A stretch of 59,999 bases of DNA, the filler included, from Sphacelaria rigidula (lineage: Eukaryota): the NCBI GenBank assembly GCA_964200075.2. It is 2 parts of 2 records of this genome, joined end to end, with 100 filler letters (N's around TTAATTAATTAA, not from the genome) between each part and the next. Parts side by side here need not be neighbours in the genome. Positions count along the whole stretch, not along the records: positions 1 to 29,967 come from CAXNAA020000071.1; 1 more part is not named here. One strand, 5' to 3'. This document shows, one piece after another, positions 12,601-24,600 of the stretch. Made by a program: the position numbers and the translations under genes. The stretch's first letter is position 1, and each line of letters starts with the position of its first letter. The notes beneath the pieces are model-generated. The model was not told where the DNA came from and did not search any database. It saw nothing but the letters and a program-made list of their open reading frames with translations.

Positions 12601-15600
12601 AAAGATCAGAACCTGTGGTGGGGTCAACGCGCGGCTCAAACTACAGATAACGCAGGCAGCACGTGTTACTGCGTTGTCAGAACGGAAGTCGTGGTTTTTT
12701 GTTGCTCTCTTGGGGAGTGGAAGATTATCTATCCACGGCATAGTGCTAAGCGAGCAAGTCGTACTGTAGAACTAGAAAAATTTCGCAAAACCAGTATGAA
12801 TCCAAATCGGATTGGACAAGCCAAATACAACTTCGGACTACCCTTTTTTGACACATCAGACGCCCAGTGGATATCTTCAGAAAAAACGTTTTGCGTACCC
12901 ATTGTAGCGCGGCCGGCAAGCTAGCAAGCGCAAGAAGCAAGGAGCGACGGCTATCGTCGAAAATCGTCTCCAGCAATGGCCACGCTCGATCGCTGTCCAC
13001 TGTCTTCCTAGTACCCACAGCTCTAAAACCTTCCTTCAACCCTTCCAGAGAAACAGCGTGCCTGATGTCCCACAATGTCGACTGCGAGCTGGCTGTTGAA
13101 TTCTCTGCGTTGGCAGATCCCTGTGGAAAGTTGTGCACATACCGCATCGATGCGTGCGGCGAAGCTCACAGTTTTTGATATTATTCAAGCAGACGACTTC
13201 TTTATTGAGGCCGCCCAGCGATGTCTACCGCGCACGGGTTCGTGGTAGGAAAGTGTCTACTCGTCGAAGTGCATGGGGCAGCAGGTAGCAACGATGATAA
13301 CATCTTTCGAAAAAATAAACAAAGCCCAAGCGTATGCTCAAGCACACGTACGGTTGTCAATCTTCAATCTATCGTTCATGACTATTGGTGAACTGATGAT
13401 CCCGCCCTCAAATGTGCTCTGATGCAGAGAGACCTTCGAATCAACTTTTCGATCAAAAGTTGGAGATATCGCGAGGTTTCAATATCTTCAAGTGACAACC
13501 GATCATCAAAATTGAGGACAGAGCTTTTCATTGAGGATGACAACCCGGAAAATGAAAATCTTCGTATTCACAACAATTCTTCGAAATATGGTTGCATTCC
13601 TTCACCTCCTGGTAGCTGTTGACAACTACTACGCGCTCCACATGTTGGGATTTCGATTACCGAAATGTTGGGGTCCTGGGTAAAATACGGTTCAAACAGC
13701 CGATAAACGAGATTGAGGATAGAGCTTTTCATCGAGGATAAGAACCCGGAGGATAAAAATCTTCATATTTACACCTAATCTTCGATAAATAGTTCATTCC
13801 TTCACCTACTGGTAGCTATTGACAAGCACTATACGTCGAAAAAATTGGATTTCGATGACCGAAATGTTGGGGTCCTAGGTGAGGAATCAATTTTGGGATA
13901 TTTCGGCGATCCGATCGGATCACCTAAATTCCCCAAAATTGATTCTTCATCTGGGACCCCAGCATTTCGGTTGTCGAAATCCACATTGTAGGGCCTGTAG
14001 CACTTGCCAAAAGCTACCAGTTGGTGACGTAATGGAACCATATTTCGAAGATTTGGTGTGGATACGAAAATTTTAATCCTCCGAGTTCTCATCTTCAATG
14101 AAAAGCTCCATCCTCAATTTCGATGATCGACTGCTTTCTGGGGAAGTCGGGCGGTCCGCTTTCATCACCTCAGTTCCTCACAACTTGTTCTTCACCTGGG
14201 AACCCCACATTTCGGTTACCGGAATCCAATTTTTCATGACGCGTACTAGTTGTCGATAGCTGCCAGTAGGTGGAGGAGTGCAACCATATTTCGAATATTT
14301 GGCGTGGATACGAAGATATAATTTTCTGGGTTATCATTTCCAATGCAAAGCTCCATCCTCAATTTTGATGATCGGATCTTAAATCGTAGTTATATTCGTA
14401 GTGTCTGTTGATATCAGTATATACAGGTCCGGAACAATGCGGTCGTTAGTACCTATTTTCCATAACTAGAAAGCCGAAAAACGATTACATGTTTGCGCAA
14501 ACACTCTTGGCTGCTCCGTCACGTGTTCTCAAATTCTCCATCATATGGGCACAACTTGTGCGACACATATCACGAGGAAAATGCGCGAAGTGTGCATGAT
14601 ATGTGCGTCTGTAAACCGCAGGAATATGACGCGTGATTTTTGCGATTTGGGGACAAGGTATCCCGCATCGATGCACAGGCTGCCACGTGAGGGAACTGAG
14701 CTGCTAAATCCACCATATTCCGGTCAAAATCCCTGCAAACCCCACTACAAAACGGCGATACGTTTGAATATCAAGACATGTTTGTGGCGTTCACCGTGTC
14801 AAACGGCAAAACTTTTTGCGTTGGAGTATGATCAACGACACCAATTTACGGATATGAGTCATTTTCCAATCCTCCCGCTGCTGAGCGATTGCACAACATA
14901 CGCGCAAGGTTACGAAGAAATACGGTGGGATATCACCGCGTCTGCAAATATGTGCGAAAGGCACATGGGTTGAAGGATGCGCATATGCCTTTCAAGTCCC
15001 AAGACGAAACATGTGCAGCACGCTGTGCACAATGTGCAAAGACAATACCAAAAACCTCGAGGAAAAGTCTACCACCGCCGCGTTGTCCAGTTTTGTTTTT
15101 CGCAACGTCTTCCATCCAACTTGGAGCAACCAAGTGATCAGTTGTACTCGCGCGTAATCTTTATTGTGTTCTGGATACACAATACTAAGATACGACGGAT
15201 AGGATACCGATGATTTGGATGATGACATTTCCATGGTTGTGGGGTGATACGGCATTTGGTCTGTTGGCGTATTGCAGTGTTCAGGGATGACGCATGTCAA
15301 ATGTATCGCTTGCAGCAATCTCTAAAAGGCAGGCGCGTTTTTCTCATGTCAGCTGTATTATGCAAGGGTCCACCCCATCCATTTTTATAGGATATATCTA
15401 GTTCTAGTCAACCAATATATAGATGGTGTGCGTTCGACAGTATCTGAATTGGGACAGTGACACAATGCTTTGGTATTTCGATACACGCCGAGTGTGCTAG
15501 GTCACCTACACTCCTACCTTACAATGCGGAATCTGCGCCAGGTATTTCCTTACAAAGAACAGGGAGGCTGGTATCGCCATCGCTACATCCACGCCTTTAA

Positions 15601-18600
15601 CGAAAAAGACTCGAAACCTCAACGCTCTTGCACCAGTTTATCACTGCGGCACATATAGTCCGGTGGCCGTGTTCGCCGAAGACGTAAGTAACCCTTGGAT
15701 GCCTCAAAGGGCCCCGTTCCTCGATATTCCACCCTTAATCAACAATTGACTCACCGAGTTGTACCCACATGCCGAGAATCTTGTACACTCACTGCGGGCA
15801 GGTGAACGAATCGTCCAAGTATCTCAGGAATGAACTGAACCAGGGCTGCTACTAGTACCATTTTGCTTCAGAATATCGCCGTAAAGTGGTTCCCACACGA
15901 ACGCCGGGTGCACGTTTTAGAATACAGCGTCAGCGGCTGCCGCACCGTGATCGGCCTTTGTCGGCATCACTTACCGCCGTCTGAACCCCTCCCGAGCTCA
16001 GCAGTTCTGTGGCAAAGGCTTTTCCCTCACCGCCTCGCCGAAGTTTGTCTGCGGCATTAGCTAGCCGTTGGGCAGCTTCCTCTGGGTCGCCCGAAACGGC
16101 TGAAAGGTACTCGGTGCAAAACGCGGCTTCCCAAGCGACGCGTCCTTCTTCCTGTTGCAGATATTCTCCCGCGGTGGATCTACAGAAACGACGAAGTGGG
16201 GGAACAAGAAGGAAGGGCGATAGGCGCGAAAGGAATTGACAAAGTATTGCGGACCGGGACAATCTCCCCTGACGTGTAGTCATGTCATCACATTGGTTCT
16301 CAGTAGATTTCTACACTACGCCACCGACGGAAATGAATGCTTCAGCGTTTTCGCTTCTACATAGACAGGTCAGGTCCGTTCTCCTTGCGATCAGGCAGAT
16401 GAATCGCCGGCGACGAAAACCGTATTCCTCACAAGCAAACGGCACCTGTGTGACGCAAGTTCATGCTACTAGTATCAAAAGAAAGTAGAAATTGAGCCTT
16501 AGTTTTTGACCGTCAGAGTCAAACCCATTCTCGACGGGAGTGTCTCACGTCATAGTGCGAGCATTAGCACGACCGACTCTGCCCGCTCCCTCGCCGAGCA
16601 ATGACAAGTGCACCCCAATAGCTAGTTGCTCGTTGTTCCTGCCCGTCAGACGCCGAAGCGCGCCAGCATCACCTAGTCCCCCACGTAAGAATATTTCCAC
16701 CACTCCTGCCCCCTCGCCAGGCCTCTCGTTAACGTGTACCGTGTTGAGCAGTTGGCGGGCTCTAGCGGCCCACGCGGCGCCGTCAGCGGCCGCTGCAGTG
16801 ACACCAGCGAGGTGCATAACGAGGCGCGTTGTAGCAACTTGTTCGGCCGACATGTCGCGTGTGGCCGCCGTACGAACTCCGTGCTGTCAGTGGTCCGGTT
16901 GCAGGCAGGGGACGAGCATTTTTTAATGACCACAAGATTACAACGAATCCCTCAGGTCGTCACGATGCAGGTCGCCACGATCCAGGTAGACGGCGTTTGG
17001 CATATCCCGGACTCCAGTGAACTCTTGTGAGGCAACTAGCATCCGCATTTTGTGTACGAAGAAATAGAGCAATACATTACTGTTCTCCACTCGTTTGCTA
17101 TCGCATGATGAGACGTGGTGTTCACTTTCCACCGATTAACGTTGCCCACAGGCCGTTGTACCAAGACTGTATACACGTAAACGGTCTCCCTGAGCCAATC
17201 GAACTACGGCCAAAAATCAACGCAACAAATCCTAAAATAGGATCAACACGACATGGATATGGTCCCGTTCTTGGTCATCGTTGTACGGTACGTGTCGAAG
17301 ACACACTGTATAGTGTACCCTGTCAGCCTCGCGTAGGTACGACACAGCTGAACCTTGTGCGAGTCCCGGCATCACCTCATCTAGAGTGTCGAGACAGTAG
17401 CCCCGAGCCTCTGGAGGCTTCACATTGATGGAATTGGGTTGGTCTGGCTTGTGGTCCGTCCCCCCCAACGTACGCTTGCAGCCTTCCTTGGGGCACACCT
17501 GGTGAATTTTAATCCCAACAACAGCAAAAACGCACGGGCACGAAAACGAGCTGTGTACCACAATCACCGCACCTCAATGAATTGGTTCATTGTGCGCTCA
17601 CCCACTCCTGTGGTGGTGGTGAGATGCACGAGAATTTGAACATAACCTCATCTCGGCACACAGCAGCAGCGTCTCCCACGGTGCGATAGCTACACAACAA
17701 CACACACAGGTGGAAACCGCGCACGGTGCCGGCCTACAACCAATCTCATCGCGGAGACACTGGATTTTTATTCCGTATGCTTTCCGATGGCAGTGATTCT
17801 CAAGTATTTTCTTCAGCGTATTGCCGCAATTCCAGACCTATCCCTACATAAAACACGAATCTTCAGCGGCTCGTGAGGAAGTCCAGATCGTACCAGCCTT
17901 CCGTATGATGGCTCTACTTAGCCCCTAGGTTTCATCTAATCACCCACCCATGACGCTCCATAGAACGTAGATACTACTGAAAGAAGTATTCAGTGGTAGC
18001 TCACCTTGGCTTCCATCGGCTTCCCGCACTCTGTTACGGCGTAGATGTACCCACATCCACATTGGTGATAGGTGAAGAAATGCGATGCTCCCATCGCGGT
18101 CATCTGCTTTGGTGTAACAGGGAGGAGCACTCAGACAAAAAACATCCATCGAAGTTGTGCCGCACGTTCGTGCCGACGAATTTTCGCACCGTATACTTCG
18201 CAACATTCCGGGCTCAGTGCGCTTCTGTAGTTGTGTTGATCGCGCTGGCCATGTCCATGTTACACTATGTGGGTCGATTTCCAAGCTAGTGTTGAGGAAT
18301 CGACAAGAACTCCGCGTCGACTCAATATCCTCGAAGCTGCATTGTGGGAAAGGCACTTCATGGGCGTAATACACGATATGAGCCCACCAAACCGTGCCTG
18401 ACAGTGAAGTCATGACATCGAGTACCCTTTACGAATGCGGAACTCACCTTTGCGAGGGTCATCCCTGAGTCCATGGTTGGCAGGAAAGCTGAAACGTCAG
18501 GCGACCAGTCAAACGTAGCATGCACGTACAGTGAAAACGCGAAATCGGGAAACGACAGTTTAGAAAAGACCAGTAGTACTGTGAATTAACACGGACTGAA

Positions 18601-21600
18601 GGCTTCCGAAATCGTGGACAGTACAACCGCCGACCTTAACCCGAAGTTTGATCAACACGAAACAATGCAACGGATTTGGGGCGGATGACGTCACCATTGA
18701 AAAACGGATACTTTAATCACCATTATTATGTCGCTAGTCAAGTTCAAATACTCTCCCAGGCTCAATACAACATACCATGAAACCCGTGCACGCACCTTGG
18801 CGCAAACGCTCAGGACAGGCGATAATATCCCAAAACATGGCCATCGGGCTTCTTGCATCCGCTGACATAGCTGCTGCGGCTACATGCACCATAAGCCTCG
18901 CCCAGAGCACGTCATCCAAAGAGCTCTGTGGGGTTAAGTGCAGCAATCCTCGAGCGGTACGGGCCTCCTTGGCGTCTCTGTCACCAGTTGCAGCTGGTGT
19001 AGAAGTAGTGTTGTTGTTTCAATAACGTAATTCATGGTAAACAAGCCAAGAAAGAACTTCATCAATATGTCGAAGTGTTTGTAAGAATTGAAAATGCTAG
19101 TTCTGAATAAACAATGAACACGCGTGTTGGACGTTTATGAACGGATATGAGTGCGACTATTATACATGTTTTAGAGCGTAAACATAACGCACCTGTTGTT
19201 GTGTGGTTTACACCGATAACGGCAGCAATAAGCTTTCGCTCCTTCGATGACAGGAAGCTCAGGGGCGATGCATCGGGTTGGTGTGTTGGCTCGCTCAAAA
19301 ACCACGCTTCTAGAAAATCCCTCGCCCTCGATTGCTGATGCTCTTCCTTGCTTTCTTCGTGACTGATCATCGCCTGCGTCGTTTACATTTGAGGTGATGA
19401 AGAGATTTGCATATGTAGTAAAACCGTTATGAAGCAAATATCGAAGGGAATTGTTCAAGTAGGAAAAACGCTGTCCCTAGGGCGCAATAGTCGCCAACGG
19501 TTCCAGACGTACTGGTTCTGTGGCGCTTGTGGTCCGTGTGATCATTTCTACCCGCCAAGCCCCAGTGTCAAGACAGATACTTCTATCCAACAAGGAGATA
19601 GAACTTACGAAGTGGATCCCGAGCACAAATCGCCATCAACCTCGTGCGTCATACCTTCACCAGGTTTGCCTCGTGGAACACTGCTGACAGAAGCCCCCCC
19701 TTCAGAGCCCTCGAATGTGCATCTCCTGCACATTCAGCGAAGGACACAAAAGACGACTTAGAAGTACAACACAGACAATGCGCATAGAGTGCACAGAAAA
19801 TATACCGGTCGGGAAGAAGAGAGCAATGATGCAGAAACTCCTTACCAACCGTGTACAACCCCCACGGCGGGCAGGGGAGGATTCGTGCATGTTGTATGTA
19901 TGAGACCACTGGTCATACTTGCAACAACTGAAGGCTTTTCGTTCTTGAACGAGCAATAACTGACAGCAACACGCAGATTGGAGACGTACTAATGGTTTGC
20001 GTTCCTTAGCAGTCAAAGTAATGGCAAGAGGGGATGGAGCGTGTGAGGGATGGAGAGAGGGACGGGGTTGCAATATTTCGGGATCAGTACGTAGGAAAAC
20101 GGTACAAAGAAGATCAATATTTCTTCCGTTTCTAGTGTTACCAACCGCCGGTCAAGTTCATGAAACAAACTCATTTGTCATCTTTCAACTCCTTCTATTC
20201 CTCACCGTGGGCTGCGGTATTGTCGACCAACACTCGTATTTCCTGCTCGAGTTTCTCCATGTTTGTTGTGTCCATGAACGCGGACACAGCTGCTCGGCAC
20301 TCGTGGAAGAAAGGAATTAGCTCGAGTGGATTTACCTGTGTTTAAGGACGGGGCACACAGAGGTCGGGCACGAAGGACACAGATCATGGTCAATTTGCCG
20401 TCAGTGCGAATCAACCCTATAAATCGCGAGAGAACCGAACTAGTACAACAATCATGTAACGCTTGTTGATGGTTGGTTTAGAGTGTATCAAGCTCACTCG
20501 ACCAGTGTTAGGCGCAAATGATCAATGTATCAAGAATATTTTCTGTGCTAGGGTCAAGAATACATCAAACGTCGGCGGGTTGTAAATCCTCGCACTTCAG
20601 CACATCTATTTCGCCGTCTTCAACAGTGTCTGCAGTTTGTAGGCCGCAACCGACTGAGAGCAGATATGTACTGCTCGATAGGAGTCACACGAGAACGTAC
20701 TGCAATGCGTTTTGAAGCACCCGATGGCTCAGCAGATGTCGACTACTGGAACATGGACAAGAGGTGGCATCATAGAAAAAGACAAGGGTTTGTTTGAAAA
20801 ACGTTTTGGGGCAACATATTTTATCGCCATATACCTGCGGCAGCTTGTCGCCAGCCATGAATGCAGACAGACGGTCATCGACAGAGGCAGCCCAAGGAAA
20901 AAGACTCAGCGGCGGGCGTCGCAGCTGGGCACGGAGAAAGGCCTCACCGCCCCCTTCTTGCTCAAGTGCTACCTGACGAAGGAAAAACATCCCCGGCTCG
21001 CGTGTCCAGCCATACTGTAGGTGGTATTTTTACGAAGGCCCGCATGTTACGACACGGGCAGAGCGGAAAGAGCGGAGGGAGGCGGGCGTATATCTGCACA
21101 CCGTATTTGAGACATCACTGATCGCCTATCCTCAATAAGACGGAGCCTGGAAGGGTAGAGGCAATCATCGGTTTTGGGGGAGCGTACGTGCAATTTTGTG
21201 TTACGTATGGGTGAAACGCAACTGACAAGCTCTCAGGAGAATGGAGGACTTCCCCGCAGCAGGAGCTGGTGACAGATAGCTGTTTCGTCGTACGCTCCCC
21301 CTGTGTACTCGCTTCACGCTACATTCAACATTTCATCGGAAGGGATCTTGACGTGGAGGAAGAACGGACAATAATTGAGTCTGTTGGAACAGCAGCCTTT
21401 TCAGGCACGCCGAGGAACACGAGGAATCAGCTGTGAACTACGCAAAGTAGGAACTGCCACCATCACCTGAGCATACGTAGTAAAACGTTGAATGCGCTCA
21501 ACGAACGAGGGGTGCGGAGCTTGTCTGCTGGTTATCGTAGTCATTTGACTATTTGCGTCATTAGTACTCTTGAAGGAGACGCATCCAACATTTGAGTGCT

Positions 21601-24600
21601 GATTCCATTTTACATCGTTTATCCTCCGCTTGTCTCGCCGTATGTGGCCACCACCTTTATTCTAGTAGAGCGATCGTTTTCTCGCTACTATTTGATGTGT
21701 TAAACCGTTTCATGTCACATTTGTCTAGCCCCCCATCACTTTCTGACAAACCCCGTTCCTCCTTGTAAATTCGACGTCCCCCCATCATATGAGTTCTACT
21801 CTCGGTTGCTTCGCCATGAGGGCGAATCTGTGCATATGCTTCCTCATCTACCAAACCACTGGTATACCTCTTCTTTCTATGAGGTCCACGTCTACCGCCC
21901 GAAATCACACCTATGCCTTTTTCACGTAGTACATTGCGCCGTGCAGGTATATTTTCATCCCTGTCTTTTCTTTCGACTTACCGAATATCTCCAGGTGTTC
22001 TTCTGTATCTACTTCATGTCTTATCAGGAGTCGGGGGTAGGATGCATTTGGATTGCGGGTATGCTCGCCGTACCCACCTGTCGAAGGCCGGTCAACGATG
22101 GTGCCAACGTGGCAACTACTGTCCCGGCGGCCCTGCTGCCACCATGACATGTCCGAAGCGCGTCGAGGAAAACTTTCAGTGGTCGACACATGTTTTCCAT
22201 GGTCGTGCCCGCGTCTCCTGGGTGGGTCGGTCGACGGATAAGATATGAGTAAATGGGGGCAGGCAGGGCAAATGCATTCTCGACATTTTTCGCACTGGGT
22301 AACCACGGAAAAATGATCGATATCTTCCGACACGGAAAAAAAACATACGGAAACCGCAGTGGGGTACCTCGAACAGCGTGAGTATCTCCCGAAGGATTTC
22401 GTCGAGCAGGACCTAGAGCAAGCCTTCATATATCCATGGCTCGGGATAGTGTTACTGTACAGGGAAGAAAGCCGAATCGGTGACATTCGGTGACTGCGAC
22501 AACGATAAAGAATGTCAGTGCCGTAGTACGTTGCGGTGGAATCCAAAGCGGTGAGCGACAATGCGAGGGAGGTCGTGGCCACTCAGGGGCTCACCGCGAA
22601 TGAGGATTTTTAGATTTACATGAAGCGCACGAATCCAAAATCGAGGAATCAAATAGCTGATACATTCATAACAAAATGCTGATGTTTCGAAACGAAACAA
22701 TAATCCCATCCAGCGGAAACAAACAAGCGCACCAACCGGGCACTCTTCGTACCGGAGCATAGCATCTCCGCCGCTGCGCACGCAAGTTTCCTCAGGCATG
22801 CTACAGTCACCAGCTCCTTTTCCATACTCCTTCCGACTGCTGCATCGTCGTTGAAGCACGTATTTTCGCTTGGCCTCTCCCTAGACTCTGAGCCGAAGTA
22901 TCCGTCTTGAACCGCACGGGCGACAGTCTCGATCGCCTACGTCGAGGGCACCGAGGAATTGTCGGCAAGTGTTACGGAAGGCGAAATGTTCATTGGGAGT
23001 AGTACTGCATATACTGAAGATAGAGCATAGTCATTTGCAGCCTCTTGCATAGCGATGTGTAGATGTCCTGAGAATGCTAAATCGACAGCATATTTTCATT
23101 GAGGCCTCTCAACGCTTAATGACGACACCTCGGCAGGTTCAGGGAAGGGACGAACGTGACAGATACACCCACAAGCGCTAGTGGCGTTTTAGCTGAAGCT
23201 GGGTTCTGAGGAAGGCCCTACTACACACCTCGTCTACTGGTGTGTCAGCTTCCACGGCGACAACGAAGCAAACCGCCAGCCTGCTTTTCGTCGGCAATCC
23301 CCAGCTGCCGTCTCCCGTCGTCCTCCGGTACTCCTGCACTAGCCTAGCCCTCAAATGATCCATGGCCACAGCCCTTTCTCCTCTTCGTGCCTTCAAGTTC
23401 AGCCACCGGAAAACTCGCACACACGCCGCTTCTTTTGGAAACACCATGGCGAGGCGAGGTGAGGCGGGTTCTGCATCCACCGAAAGTTCTTCAGGCCATC
23501 GCTCCAGGAAAAACGACGTGTCCCCGGACAGAATGGCAGTCAATGTCTCCCACAGGTTATGTCCCCCCCTATCCTCACCGTCAAGATTTGTGCTGCTGTC
23601 GTCGTTGTTGTTGGTTGTTTCTTCAAGACCGGAGCAAAATCTCCATGAGCATGTCTTACGGTCGGCGTCGGTGACGACCTCGGGCAGGTAGCTGTCCACG
23701 AAACGCGCCAATACGTCCGGTGCGTCTACTTGACCATTCGATTGGTGTGATGCGACGGTAGCTCTAGGGGAATTATCGTCCTGTGAGGTTTGGCATTTTC
23801 TTATCCATGAGATTGTGAAGAGCACAGCCCTAATAAAAATATCCGAGCGCACAGGGGCCTCAACCTGCTGCAGAGACATCAAGGCATGAAGCGCTGCCTC
23901 CGGTCGAATACCCAAAGGCTCAGTAACCTCTAAAACAATTCTTCGCATCAGTCGCAGTTTGGCCCATCCCTCAAGAACCTCCCGAATGTTTCGCGCAAGT
24001 TCCACTTCCGCGCTGGAACAGCCGTTACCAGCTCCAGCGCGCAAAACGACAGAACCGTCCACAAGCGCGAGGATACTCGCCGATGCTCGGTCCGCGCGTT
24101 CCACTCTTGACGCCCACCCGGTGATCCTCCCTTCCACGGTCGACCGATCTCCTGGCGCGTATTCACCGTCAGCAAAGCACCGTGTCAACTCGCCTTCGTC
24201 CAGTAAGGCAAGCTGCACTGCGCGTATGACGCGGATATGAACTGAGGGATCCAGGCCACAGATCCCCCTCGACACCGAAGTGGGAATTTTGGCCGCACCG
24301 GCGGCGTTTGCGTTGTGAGCCTTGACCGCTTTGGCAGCCGTGAAGTAGGAACCGGGGCCAGCCGCGTCGAGAAGTTTGAAATATAGCCTCAGTTCATGCT
24401 CGCAGTGCCAGAAGCGATAGTGTACGGCTGCCAGTGATGCCGTTGGTGACCACGTCCCTCCCTGATTCACCGGCTGTGTGTCTTCCCCGCGTACTACGCC
24501 AACGCTGCCACTGCCGCCGCAATTGCGGTTCAGCTGGCCCGCAAGATCAAGTACCATTAACACCAAGCTTGCCTGGTCTAGACGACATATTCCTCGTAAG

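Noticed and set aside
17647-17733. Phase 0-0 AG..GT segment (AGTVRGFHLCVLLCSYRTVGDAAAVCRDE) that first looked like a catalytically dead RZ first half
   Set aside because: Exon 18005-18103 gives a much better RZ motif with stronger splice sites. This segment is probably intronic, though RNA-seq would be needed to exclude a rare alternative exon.
21911-22582. 223-aa ORF as a protein-coding gene
   Set aside because: It is a chance read-through of intron sequence, an out-of-frame real exon (22368-22412) and a LINE remnant.
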